Source: an uncultured Chlamydiales bacterium
Lineage (GTDB): Bacteria; Chlamydiota; Chlamydiia; Chlamydiales; Rhabdochlamydiaceae
NCBI GenBank assembly: GCA_963700985.1
Contig: OY969554.1
Location: forward strand, 1,056,001-1,120,000
DNA: 64,000 bases
Direction of reading: 5' to 3'
Position 1 is the stretch's first letter, and each line of letters opens with the position of its first letter. The notes beneath the pieces were generated by a model that did no database searches, was not told the origin of the DNA, and was given only the letters and a program-made list of their open reading frames with translations. This document shows, piece after piece, positions 44,781-54,656 of this stretch. The translations under genes were made by a program, and so were the position numbers.

Positions 44781-46586
44781 ATGGCTAAAAAATACGATGA
44801 AAGCACAGTTCTCTCCCTAGATGCATTAGCTCACATCAGGTTGCGCTCTGGGATGTATATCGGTCGTTTAGGCGATGGTTCCCATCCTGATGATGGGATC
44901 TACATCATGCTCAAAGAGGTGATTGATAACTCGGTGGATGAGTTCATCATGCGCCACGGATCAAAGATCTCTATTGAGCTCGATGAGAAAACCTCAACCG
45001 TCTCTGTGCGCGATTATGGGCGCGGCATTCCTTTGGGCAAAGTCATCGAGTGCGTCAGCCAGATTAATACAGGCGCTAAATACAACGATGATGTCTTCCA
45101 ATTTTCTGTGGGTCTAAACGGCGTGGGTACAAAAGCCGTCAACGCCCTCTCCTCTAGCTTCACAGTTAGAAGTATGCGCGATGGCGAATTTGTCGAAGCG
45201 CACTTCTCAAAAGGAGTCTTGAAAGACAAGAAAAAGGGAAAAACTAAAGAGCCTGACGGGACGTATATGCAATTTACGCCCGACACCGAAATCTTCAAGA
45301 AGTTTGCCTTCCGCCAAGAACTGATCATCAAAAGACTCTGGCACTACGCCTATCTCAATACAGGGCTCACCCTGATTTTCAATGGCCAGGAGATCCGCTC
45401 GGAAAATGGCCTGCTCGATCTCTTAAATGAAGAGGTCAAAGAAGATCGCCTCTATGAACCGCTTCACTTCCGCGGTAAAAACATCGAATTTGCTTTTCTG
45501 CATGCTTCGAGCTATGGCGAAACCTACTTCTCATTTGTAAACGGTCAATATACGCGCGATGGCGGCACGCACCTTTCAGCTTTTCGCGAAGGCATCCTAA
45601 AAGGCATCAACGATTTTGCGAAAAAGAACTTCCAAGGTATCGACATCCGTGAAGGCATCGTCGGCGCCATCTTGGTTAAAGTGAAAGATCCGATTTTCGA
45701 ATCTCAAACAAAGAACAAGCTATCGAATAACGAGATTCGCGGCCCGATCGTGCAAGAAGTAAAAGATGCCGTGCAAGATCTGCTCTATAAAAATCCAGAG
45801 ACTGGCCAAAAAATTATCGAGCGCGTGCTCTTTAATGAAAAATTGCGCAAAGAGCTGGCCGCCGTCAAAAAAGAAGCAAAAGAGAAACAGAAAAAAATCT
45901 CTTTCAAAATTCCCAAGCTTCGCGACTCGAAATTTCATTATGGCGACGGCTCAAAAGAGGGCGAACAATCGGTTATCTTCCTCACCGAGGGAGAATCGGC
46001 TTCTGCCTCGATCGTGATGGCCAGAGACCCACTTACGCAAGCCGTGATGTCACTGCGCGGCAAGCCGCTCAACGTGCATGGCATGAAGCTCGATCAACTC
46101 TACAAAAACGAAGAGATGTTCAATCTCATGTCGGCACTCAATGTAGAAGATGATCTCGCCAACTTGCGCTACAACAAAGTGATCTTGGCAACTGATGCTG
46201 ATGTCGACGGCATGCACATCCGCAACCTGCTGATCACCTTCTTTTTAACTTATTTCGAAGGGCTTGTCTTAAACGGACACCTCTACATCCTTGAAACCCC
46301 GCTTTTTAAAGTACGCAACAAAGAAAAGACACTCTATTGCTACTCACAAGAAGAGATGCAGACAGCTGCGGACACACTCAAAAAAGGCGTGGAAATCACC
46401 CGCTTCAAAGGACTTGGAGAGATCTCCCCAGATGAATTTAAACAGTTCATCGCCAAAGACATTCGCCTGCTGCCGGTTATGATCCAGAACCTCTCGGATA
46501 TTAAGCCCACCCTCGAATTCTACATGGGCAAGAACACTCCCGAGAGAAAAAGCTTTATTATGCACAATCTTGTAAACGACCTATAA
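44781..46586 (+). CDS. parE: DNA topoisomerase IV subunit B (chlamydial gyrB2 type)
   Basis: HIRLRSGMYIG, EVIDNSVDE, DYGRGIP, GLNGVG, TEGESA, LRGKPLN, TDADVDG, RFKGLGE. Confidence 0.96.
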   Translation: MAKKYDESTVLSLDALAHIRLRSGMYIGRLGDGSHPDDGIYIMLKEVIDNSVDEFIMRHGSKISIELDEKTSTVSVRDYGRGIPLGKVIECVSQINTGAKYNDDVFQFSVGLNGVGTKAVNALSSSFTVRSMRDGEFVEAHFSKGVLKDKKKGKTKEPDGTYMQFTPDTEIFKKFAFRQELIIKRLWHYAYLNTGLTLIFNGQEIRSENGLLDLLNEEVKEDRLYEPLHFRGKNIEFAFLHASSYGETYFSFVNGQYTRDGGTHLSAFREGILKGINDFAKKNFQGIDIREGIVGAILVKVKDPIFESQTKNKLSNNEIRGPIVQEVKDAVQDLLYKNPETGQKIIERVLFNEKLRKELAAVKKEAKEKQKKISFKIPKLRDSKFHYGDGSKEGEQSVIFLTEGESASASIVMARDPLTQAVMSLRGKPLNVHGMKLDQLYKNEEMFNLMSALNVEDDLANLRYNKVILATDADVDGMHIRNLLITFFLTYFEGLVLNGHLYILETPLFKVRNKEKTLYCYSQEEMQTAADTLKKGVEITRFKGLGEISPDEFKQFIAKDIRLLPVMIQNLSDIKPTLEFYMGKNTPERKSFIMHNLVNDL

Positions 46587-46592
46587 AACGCC

Positions 46593-48479
46593 ATGGATGA
46601 TCTCAAAGAACAGATGAAGGAACACTTCATCAAGTATGCCTCCTACGTGATCCTCGACAGAGCGATCCCGAACGTGGTTGACGGCCTAAAACCCGTGCAA
46701 AGACGTATTTTAGAGATCCTCTGGCGCCAGAACGATGAGAAATTCCACAAAGTAGCGAACATGGTTGGACAAACCATGCAGTTACACCCACATGGCGACG
46801 CACCGATTTACGAAGCTCTCATCAACCTCGCCTCAAAAGGCTTTGTGATGGATAAGCAAGGAAATTTCGGTAACATCCTCACGGGTGATCCCTCGGCTGC
46901 TGCACGTTACATCGAAGCGCGTCTTTCTCCCCTTGCCCGCGAAACACTTTTCAATCCCGATATCACCAAAAAAATCCCATCTTACGATGGACGAAACACC
47001 GAACCCGTAACCTTGCCCGCCAAAATCCCCCTGCTGCTCATGCAAGGCGCCGAAGGGATTGCCGTTGGGATGTCCACACGCATTCTGCCACACAATTTTG
47101 CAGAACTGCTCGAAGCACAAATCGCCTGCCTCGAAGAGAGAAAGTTTAAGATCCAGCCAGACTTCCCCACCGGCGGCATCGCCGACACCAGCCAGTATGA
47201 AAAGGGCCGAGGTAAAGTTAAGCTGCGCGCCAAAATTCAGATCAAAGATCCCAAAACACTCGTCATCCGCGAGATCTGCTATGGCACAACCACTGAAAGC
47301 TTAATACGTTCCATTGATGAAGCCGCTAAAAAAGGCAAAATCAAAATCGAGGCTATTAACGATTATACCGCTAGCGAAGTTGAAATCGAAATCAGACTGC
47401 CTCGCGGCCAGTATGCCGAAGAGATCCTCGACGCGCTTTATGGCTTCACCGAATGCGAAGTCTCACTAAGTTCTCAGATCATCGTCATCAAAGATGGCCA
47501 CCCATGGGAAACAGACATTCATGAGATTTTAACTTACAACACCCAGAATCTAGTTGAGTTTCTCAGACTTGAACTTCAGATCGATCGCGATCGCCTGCTT
47601 GAAAAGATCTTCTACAAATCTCTCGAAAAAATCTTCATCGAGAACCGGCTTTATAAAAAAATTGAAAGCGTTAAAACCCTCGAAGCCATTCATCAGACCC
47701 TCGAGACAGCACTTCTGCCCTTCGAGAAAAAACTGCTGCGCAAACCTACCCACGACGATCGCGAAAAACTCCTGCAAATTCCTATCCGCCGCATCTCACA
47801 ATTTGACATCGACAAGAACAAAGAAGAGATCGCCGCACTTGAAGAAGCCTTAAATCGCGTGCTTAAAGACCTCAAAAACGTCAAAAAATACACCATCAAC
47901 TATCTACGTGGCCTAATCGAGAGATTTGGCACCCAATACCCCCGCAAAACGCGCATCAAAGCCATCGAAGAAATCGATCGCCGCGCCATCGAAACCAAAC
48001 AGATCAAAATTTCCTATGATCCGCAAAGCGGATTTGTCGGCACCAAAGTTTCCGGACCCATCCATCTCGAAGGCACCAACTTCGATAAACTCCTCGTCTT
48101 CTACAAAGATGGAACCTACAAAGTTACCAACATGCCCGAGAAGCAATATCTCGAAAATGCTGCTTGGGTAAGCGTCGCCGACAAAAAAACCATCATGAAC
48201 GTGGCTTATAAAAACAAAGAAACCGGCCTCGTTTCAGGCAAACGCTTCATCGTCGATAAGTTCATCCTCGAAAAACCCTACCGCTACCTCGACGAAAACC
48301 AAGAACTCCAATTTATCTCATCCAACTCCGAAGCTGCTATTGAGCTTCACTTCGTTCCCCAGGCCCGTCAAAAAGTCAACAAGCTCCGCGTCACCCTCAA
48401 AGGCGTGCTCGTCAAAGGAGCCCAAGCCCGCGGCACCCGCCTGGCCAACCAAAAAGTCAAAAAAGTCACCCCAGCCTAA
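46593..48479 (+). CDS. parC: DNA topoisomerase IV subunit A (chlamydial gyrA2 type)
   Basis: DRAIP..DGLKPVQRRIL, HPHGD, QGNFG, AAARYIEARL (catalytic Tyr), GIAVGMST, PDFPTGG. Confidence 0.96.
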   Translation: MDDLKEQMKEHFIKYASYVILDRAIPNVVDGLKPVQRRILEILWRQNDEKFHKVANMVGQTMQLHPHGDAPIYEALINLASKGFVMDKQGNFGNILTGDPSAAARYIEARLSPLARETLFNPDITKKIPSYDGRNTEPVTLPAKIPLLLMQGAEGIAVGMSTRILPHNFAELLEAQIACLEERKFKIQPDFPTGGIADTSQYEKGRGKVKLRAKIQIKDPKTLVIREICYGTTTESLIRSIDEAAKKGKIKIEAINDYTASEVEIEIRLPRGQYAEEILDALYGFTECEVSLSSQIIVIKDGHPWETDIHEILTYNTQNLVEFLRLELQIDRDRLLEKIFYKSLEKIFIENRLYKKIESVKTLEAIHQTLETALLPFEKKLLRKPTHDDREKLLQIPIRRISQFDIDKNKEEIAALEEALNRVLKDLKNVKKYTINYLRGLIERFGTQYPRKTRIKAIEEIDRRAIETKQIKISYDPQSGFVGTKVSGPIHLEGTNFDKLLVFYKDGTYKVTNMPEKQYLENAAWVSVADKKTIMNVAYKNKETGLVSGKRFIVDKFILEKPYRYLDENQELQFISSNSEAAIELHFVPQARQKVNKLRVTLKGVLVKGAQARGTRLANQKVKKVTPA

Positions 48480-48482
48480 TTA

Positions 48483-48514
48483 AAGCGCGCGCGCGATCAC
48501 CTCGCCGCGCGCTT
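48483..48514 (+). terminator. GC-rich hairpin after parC, probable terminator
   Basis: AAGCGCGCG...CGCGCGCTT stem right after the stop codon. Confidence 0.55.
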
Positions 48515-48655
48515 ACTTCGTGAATAAAGATTTGAATAATATTATTTAAAGTTTTAATAATACTCCGGAAAGTTGTTTTTCCTGTGGGATTTTTTGCGCA
48601 CACGATCCCATGCCGACAACTTCTAAAACGGTTATTCACCTAGGAGGAACCCATC

Positions 48656-49903
48656 ATGTCAGTCCAATCTTCTACTAAAGTTGATCTACAAAATATCTTG
48701 AGCACGTTCTCATCTTTTGACGCATTTGCTTATCGCCTAGAGCTCCCTAGAGCGCTTGAAAAAAACAAAAAAAGAGAAAGCAACCCGCTACTCAGGGGCT
48801 TTCGCATTCCATCCGAAGAGGAGGTCTCATTAAAATGCGCAAAAGCAATAAAGATCGCAAATGAAAGAGTAAATAAATGCTTAAGGGAAACAGACACACC
48901 GCCTAGACATTACACTCCCGAACCCCCGAAAGTAAAACTGCCTGAAAACTTGTTCCTTGCAAGATCTATAGCAATGCAAGAATTCGGACCCCAAAACTTA
49001 TCACCATTTGTTTTTAAAGAATTACCCAGAGAAATGCTCCTAGCAACAACATTAGGAAGAATGGATTACGAATCTAGAGGCAAGTCTAGTGTCCCGGTTA
49101 GTTCTATTTATGACCCGCGGATCGTTGGCATGCAAGAATGCGGCTTTAATTTATGCGGTATCGCCATACCTTCTTCTCAACAACTAACCTTTATAGGGGG
49201 CGGCACTCTTGGACTTGCTACCGGAGTAGCCTCTCTCTTAACTGGTAATCCGCTGGGCATCATAAATCTGGCTCTTGGAGGCCTAGGATTCATGGGTAGC
49301 TGTTCTCAAGCCAACGCTGAAAATATCGAAGCCACGGTTACTGATTTGAGAGCTGAGAATATCAGATCAGCTGCAACAACCACTAGACTAGAAGAAACAG
49401 TTACAAATTTGAAAGCTGAGAACGCCAAAACAGCTGCGACAAACGCTGACCTAAAAGAAACAGTTACAGATTTGAGAGCTGAGAATGCCAGAGCAGCAGC
49501 GACAAACGCTAACCTAGAAACCCGTAATACCGAACTAGAATCGCTTATTCAAAACGGAAATCGCGTGCTACGTGACCAGGTCGCTGAATTTCATCAATTA
49601 AAAGAAGACATAGCTGTTGCACGCGCAAAATTAACTGCCGTACAAAGAGACGTAAGAACCACCACGGATCAATTACAAGAAGCCACAACATCTCTACAAG
49701 AAGTTCGAAGAGAAACCGTAGAAGCTACTCGGCACTTAATCGCAGCAGGGCGAGAAACGGTGAGAAATATCAATACCGCCATCACTGAAGGAGCTCAGCA
49801 CTTTGGCGCTGTTGCTAGTGATTTGAGAGGAGCCGCAGCTCCGTTTGTAGGACCAGATCCTGCATTCCCTATATCGCCACTTCGACAAGCTCTTCGCGTT
49901 TAA
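48656..49903 (+). CDS. Inc-like protein: bilobed hydrophobic segment followed by a long coiled coil with 21-aa repeats
   Basis: SD AGGAGG; FIGGGTLGLATGVASLLTGNPLGIINLALGGLGFMG, then three TVTxLxAENxxxAAT repeats and heptad-rich sequence. Confidence 0.75.
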   Translation: MSVQSSTKVDLQNILSTFSSFDAFAYRLELPRALEKNKKRESNPLLRGFRIPSEEEVSLKCAKAIKIANERVNKCLRETDTPPRHYTPEPPKVKLPENLFLARSIAMQEFGPQNLSPFVFKELPREMLLATTLGRMDYESRGKSSVPVSSIYDPRIVGMQECGFNLCGIAIPSSQQLTFIGGGTLGLATGVASLLTGNPLGIINLALGGLGFMGSCSQANAENIEATVTDLRAENIRSAATTTRLEETVTNLKAENAKTAATNADLKETVTDLRAENARAAATNANLETRNTELESLIQNGNRVLRDQVAEFHQLKEDIAVARAKLTAVQRDVRTTTDQLQEATTSLQEVRRETVEATRHLIAAGRETVRNINTAITEGAQHFGAVASDLRGAAAPFVGPDPAFPISPLRQALRV

Positions 49904-49920
49904 ATTTATTAATCCCCAGC

Positions 49921-49959
49921 CAAAGAGAGAAAGATCACAAACGATCTTTCTCTCTTTTG
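49921..49959 (+). terminator. Intrinsic terminator
   Basis: CAAAGAGAGAAAGATC-ACAAAC-GATCTTTCTCTCTTTTG. Confidence 0.75.
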
Positions 49960-50043
49960 TTTCTGAATCATTTGAACCTATTCAACCAAGTTAGGTAGGC
50001 TTCTAAGCCGAACGCACACCACTCTTACTTGGATAAAAAATCG

Positions 50044-50562
50044 ATGGTATCTTCAGTCACACTTCAAAGAGTAGCGGGCGCGGATTTTAACTGCTCCATT
50101 TGCCTAGGAAGCAACAGCACACGCTTTTTTGCCCATGTAATAAACTCAAAAGGCGAAATGGGCCACCACGTTCATGAGAAATGCCTCAAAACCTGGCTGC
50201 ATACGAAAAAATCTTTCAAATGCCTTATTTGCCAACTCAACTTCGATGATAGATCGGTGCTCCCCTTGCAAAGACCCCGCCCACGCGTTGTTTACGTGCC
50301 ATTAACCCCTCTTGCTGAAGACACCTGGGATTCCCTAAATATGGGAGCCGCCGCCGCAGTGCTCCCAACAGCCTCATGCATAGCTGCAGCACTAGTTTTA
50401 GGATTATCACCTTCCTCTCATTCCCTAAAGGATAGAGCCACCATTCTCGCTGATGAATCACTAATGTGGACAATCGCACAAAACGCCCTCGCGGTTGCAT
50501 CCCTTCTTTTCTTATCAGTTTCCTCTATCAGCTTCGCATACCTCCGCCACCGCCGAACCTAA
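50044..50562 (+). CDS. RING-variant zinc finger protein with two TM helices (MARCH-like E3 ligase mimic)
   Basis: CSIC...H...HHVHEKC..W....CLIC, followed by two hydrophobic segments. Confidence 0.75.
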   Translation: MVSSVTLQRVAGADFNCSICLGSNSTRFFAHVINSKGEMGHHVHEKCLKTWLHTKKSFKCLICQLNFDDRSVLPLQRPRPRVVYVPLTPLAEDTWDSLNMGAAAAVLPTASCIAAALVLGLSPSSHSLKDRATILADESLMWTIAQNALAVASLLFLSVSSISFAYLRHRRT

Positions 50563-50736
50563 AGCAAAATTTAAAATAATATTCACCTTTGATACTTATT
50601 TATAAAATTAACTTAACAGCTTTTTTTATAATAAAATTTACTGCAAGATAACTAATAATTACTATATTTAAATAATCGAAAACAATTAAGCAACAACATA
50701 TAATTATCGCCATCTTCATTTAAATATGGTGTAATT

Positions 50737-52386
50737 ATGTGTTCTTTAAGATTATCCCCAGAATGCCTTCCTTCTCGTTCTATTTCAAATATGCTTTCAT
50801 TTCTCTCTCATCAAGAAAGCTCACTGCTTGCATCAACTACTAAATCTTGGAATACAAGAATTGATCTGATCTGGGAAGCATATGCTGCTAAACGTTCTGG
50901 AGCTAACGGCCTTGATAAAGTAAGCGACTATTTAACTCACTTTGATTCATTACCCTCTCGCGGATGCTGCACGATTCATACCCATGATGGACGTGTTTCG
51001 TATTTTAAAAATGATGCCTTGAAAATTTTCACTATCTCTTTTCGCGGAACGAATAACGTAGAAAATGCCATCAATGACCTATGGCTTGGGCGCGAGGATA
51101 TCACAAAACTCAAAGAGACGATGACATCAGAAAAGATTGCATTGAAACAAAATGCATGGACGCCAGGTACCGAACTTACTGAGGAACAAATTACAGATCT
51201 CTCAAAGGCAAAAATCCAGGATGCAAATATTTCAGAAGCTACTAAACGCAAAGTCTCAGAGATTTTTACAAGGAGGGGGTTCACACCTATAGAGATGTCT
51301 GCCTTTGCAAACGCCCTCAACAGGATCCATCTTCCTAGTATCTTTGATACATTGGATAGCACGATACCTGTTAATGAGCGAATGACCAGAAAAGCTCACA
51401 GATTGATATCTCATGCTTTCTCTAGTGCAAGTACTAGATTCACACCTGAAAAAATTTCCGAACTCTCAACTAGTCTTCTAACAGTCAAAGCTAGCAATAT
51501 AAAGACAAAAACCCAGCGGTTCGAATTAGCTCATAGAATCATATTTTCGATTTTTCAAGACAAGTTTACCTCAGAAGAAAAAGAAAGAGTAAGGGGAATG
51601 CTCCAGAGGGTATTAAAAACAGATATTCCCTACGACTTTCAATCTTTTGAAATGCACAAGGGATTTGCCTATGAATACAGACAATTGAGAGCCGACATTT
51701 ACCATAAATTAGAAAATGAATTCTTCCCACTTGCAGTTTGCAATTGGCGTATCTTGATAACGGGGCATTCTCTCGGTGGAGCTATGGCAACTCTTTGTAC
51801 AGCAGATTTGCTAATGAATAAAGTCGCACCTGCTAGCCACATTGCTCTTATTACACTTGGGTCTCCTAGAGCCGTGAATTATGATTTCGCAAGATGGATT
51901 GACTCTCAGGGCTTATTCAAGAATATTCGTGTCGAATATGAAAATGATTTTTTTACGTCTGTACCTGCACAAAATAATGGAGCCTTCTGGCATCGCGGTA
52001 AACGAACACATTTGACTATTAATGCAGATAGTCACGATCGAACAGTTGCTTCCACATATGGAGAAGAAAATGGCATTGTGAGACAAGCTGGCAACTTAGT
52101 TTCTACTGCTCTAAGAGTAACAGATGGGATAGATCCTGCTATTTCTCGAATTACAACAAGCACCATAGGCGCTGCGATCGATCTCGGTGGCAGTATAGCA
52201 ATTTTCGCCCTTGACCTTCTGAGCATCCCATTTGTTCTCCCATTTAAGGGCTGGTCTTCTCTTGCTCGAATACAACCTCCTTTATTATCTCCATTTTATA
52301 ATCATGCTTATTATTGGAGTTTTGCACCGTATCAAGAAAATACAAGTCGAAAGGATATTGAGAGAGCAAAGTCAGCCCTTAGCTGA
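50737..52386 (+). CDS. Class 3 lipase with N-terminal F-box-like motif and large helical insertion
   Basis: LPSRSISNMLSFLSHQESSLLASTTKSW (F-box-like); ISFRGT, MHKGF, ITGHSLGGAMA, TLGSPR, DFFTSVP, NHAYY. Confidence 0.85.
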   Translation: MCSLRLSPECLPSRSISNMLSFLSHQESSLLASTTKSWNTRIDLIWEAYAAKRSGANGLDKVSDYLTHFDSLPSRGCCTIHTHDGRVSYFKNDALKIFTISFRGTNNVENAINDLWLGREDITKLKETMTSEKIALKQNAWTPGTELTEEQITDLSKAKIQDANISEATKRKVSEIFTRRGFTPIEMSAFANALNRIHLPSIFDTLDSTIPVNERMTRKAHRLISHAFSSASTRFTPEKISELSTSLLTVKASNIKTKTQRFELAHRIIFSIFQDKFTSEEKERVRGMLQRVLKTDIPYDFQSFEMHKGFAYEYRQLRADIYHKLENEFFPLAVCNWRILITGHSLGGAMATLCTADLLMNKVAPASHIALITLGSPRAVNYDFARWIDSQGLFKNIRVEYENDFFTSVPAQNNGAFWHRGKRTHLTINADSHDRTVASTYGEENGIVRQAGNLVSTALRVTDGIDPAISRITTSTIGAAIDLGGSIAIFALDLLSIPFVLPFKGWSSLARIQPPLLSPFYNHAYYWSFAPYQENTSRKDIERAKSALS

Positions 52387-52462
52387 TTTTTAATAGATCA
52401 GAGACTTTCAGAAGCTATCTATTGCCTGAGTGAGAAATTTGAAGCTGATGAAAAAAGCCTGC

Positions 52463-52882
52463 TCACCCGTAAAGTCTGAGTCCAAGACACGCCATGTAGG
52501 GCGCAATAAAAATTAAAGATATAGCTAATGTTGTGAGAGCTAGCCCAAAACTCGCAGTGAAAGTGACTGGGAACCCGACATAGGTTGTTACTGCAGCTGC
52601 TGAAGCATTTGGAGCAAGCAATGACAGGACCGCAAAAGGCCAAAGGACTAAAGTCGCTATTCTCATTAAACAGCTATCATTTCTTGCACAAAGATCTAAA
52701 TAGTATCCCAGACACGCACCAACAATTAGGGCGACTGCATAAAACACCCCACCAAAAACCATGCCACCTACAAAAGAGAGCTCTGTAACTGCCATCGCTG
52801 CAAGACCACCACCGATTGCAGTCAAACTACCAGTGATTACATAAGGCACAATTCCTGGATCTGGATGAATTCTTGCTGCCAT
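52463..52882 (-). CDS. Small multi-pass membrane protein (Inc-like), copy 1
   Basis: 139 aa, four hydrophobic Gly/Ala/Cys-rich segments; differs from copy 2 at 2 residues. Confidence 0.75.
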   Translation of the reverse strand: MAARIHPDPGIVPYVITGSLTAIGGGLAAMAVTELSFVGGMVFGGVFYAVALIVGACLGYYLDLCARNDSCLMRIATLVLWPFAVLSLLAPNASAAAVTTYVGFPVTFTASFGLALTTLAISLIFIAPYMACLGLRLYG

Positions 52883-53056
52883 AATAAACCTCAATTAAAC
52901 CTAAATCTAGAGTAGGATTAAGGCGCTAATAATACGTAAATATTAAAAAATTGTAAAGATTTAACGAGAGAGCTTCCTTTTATCCACTGACGTATTTAAA
53001 ATTTAATTTACCCACCCAAGCAAGTCTCAAATTTGAATTTTAATGATTAAGCCTGC

Positions 53057-53476
53057 TCACCCGTAAAGTCTGAGTCCAAGACACGCCATGTAGGGAGCAA
53101 TAAAAATTAAAGATATAGCTAATGTTGTGAGAGCTAGCCCAAAACTCGCAGTGAAAGTGACTGGGAACCCGACATAGGTTGTTACTGCAGCTGCTGAAGC
53201 ATTTGGAGCAAGCAATGACAGGACCGCAAAAGGCCAAAGGACTAAAGTCGCTATTCTCATTAAACAGCTATCATTTCTTGCACAAAGATCTAAATAGTAT
53301 CCCAGACACGCACCAACAATTAGGGTGACTGCATAAAACACCCCACCAAAAACCATGCCACCTACAAAAGAGAGCTCTGTAACTGCCATCGCTGCAAGAC
53401 CACCACCGATTGCAGTCAAACTACCAGTGATTACATAAGGCACAATTCCTGGATCTGGATGAATTCTTGCTGTCAT
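53057..53476 (-). CDS. Small multi-pass membrane protein (Inc-like), copy 2
   Basis: Near-identical to 52463-52882. Confidence 0.75.
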   Translation of the reverse strand: MTARIHPDPGIVPYVITGSLTAIGGGLAAMAVTELSFVGGMVFGGVFYAVTLIVGACLGYYLDLCARNDSCLMRIATLVLWPFAVLSLLAPNASAAAVTTYVGFPVTFTASFGLALTTLAISLIFIAPYMACLGLRLYG

Positions 53477-53536
53477 AAAAAACCTAATAAGTTGATTGTG
53501 TAGGCCTTTTTAAAGACCCTCCTAAAAATTCACTTC

Positions 53537-54139
53537 CTAACTCAACACCACAGATTCCGAAGCAACTTTCTCCAGCCTCGCCTTCTTTGCGATATACTCA
53601 TCAGCCAAACGAGATTTAAACATCGGCACTTTTTCCATCAGAGCATAGAACTTTACATCTAAATCCGCTAAGCTTTGAGCATTCTCAATCTCGAGAGATG
53701 CCTGCACATACGCCGGATCCACAGGCTTATTGCCGTATCGAATAGCTCTGTTAACCTGAAGCAACTTGCTAGCAGTTAAAACCCACCAAATGCACAAAGG
53801 GCTCTCTACGCAGATCGAAACATAAGTCAAAACGTCTGGATTACTCAGAAGTTCCTTAAATATATGTGTCAATAGTTTGATAGGCATCGAGACCAACCAA
53901 AAAGTCAGCATCCAGATTCCATACTTTTTATAAGCAAAATAGTAAGGGAGGCAGAAGCCGATCAAAGACATAATTGCCATACTCGAAATTATGTATGTAG
54001 GACTCTCCTGTCCAGGCTCAAAAAGGCATAATACGCACCATACCATTGGTATTACAATTGTTCGAACAACGTGTGCGATCAGCCACTGCTTTCGGATTTT
54101 TGCATCACTTTCACTGAGCACTGGATTAATCTTAGACAT
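53537..54139 (-). CDS. Hypothetical 4-TM protein (paralog of 55586-56203)
   Basis: Four hydrophobic helices, YYFAYKKYG, C-terminal SLADLDVKFYALMEKVP..Y..KK..L. Confidence 0.75.
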   Translation of the reverse strand: MSKINPVLSESDAKIRKQWLIAHVVRTIVIPMVWCVLCLFEPGQESPTYIISSMAIMSLIGFCLPYYFAYKKYGIWMLTFWLVSMPIKLLTHIFKELLSNPDVLTYVSICVESPLCIWWVLTASKLLQVNRAIRYGNKPVDPAYVQASLEIENAQSLADLDVKFYALMEKVPMFKSRLADEYIAKKARLEKVASESVVLS

Positions 54140-54228
54140 TTTCTGCTACTCCTTAAAAATTCTTAAGAATCCAGAAATGAAACCAGAAATTCCGATTTCA
54201 ACACAAGAACAACCATGCCCATTGATCC

Positions 54229-54256
54229 TTGACATTTGAGTATTATTCTTTAAGAT
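54229..54256 (+). promoter_or_regulatory. Sigma66/sigma70-type promoter
   Basis: TTGACA-N16-TAAGAT, 40 nt before the ATG at 54297 (SD AGGAG). Confidence 0.55.
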
Positions 54257-54296
54257 GCATTCTCCTTGAGATTTTAAAACCTATGTAGGAGAAACA

Positions 54297-54656
54297 ATGA
54301 AAATAAAATTCTTAGCCCTATTTTGCTCAATCTTCATTTGCATCACACAAAGTACATATTCAGATTGTCGAGGCTGCAATCAACATGAGACCGCAATAAC
54401 TGCTCCTATTCAGAAAACTTATCTTCAACCCGACCAAATCGCATTCCATAACTCCAAAATCTATGTTCAGCTTGAGGAAGGTATTTTTACTGTTCCCGCA
54501 GTTTTCTCTGATCAACATGGCTTATATATTCCAAATGAAAAGCAACCTCGTGGAAGATGCGAGCCTTATGAATGGAAATGCCCCAATCCTAGATGTGATA
54601 AATGCAATGACTTTTACAATCACAGATGTCCCTCTTGCGGAACTGAGATGGAATGA
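54297..54656 (+). CDS. Small exported protein with C-terminal Cys-rich zinc-ribbon-like segment
   Basis: Signal peptide; KTYLQPDQI..SDQHGLYI; WKCPNPRCDKCN..RCPSCG; ATGA overlap with the next gene. Confidence 0.75.
   Translation: MKIKFLALFCSIFICITQSTYSDCRGCNQHETAITAPIQKTYLQPDQIAFHNSKIYVQLEEGIFTVPAVFSDQHGLYIPNEKQPRGRCEPYEWKCPNPRCDKCNDFYNHRCPSCGTEME

Larger units (their letters stand above)
52455..53485. repeat. Recent direct duplication: 52455-52891 and 53049-53485 (437 bp, 594-bp offset)
   Basis: Only 4 mismatches seen by eye across the copies. Confidence 0.95.
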
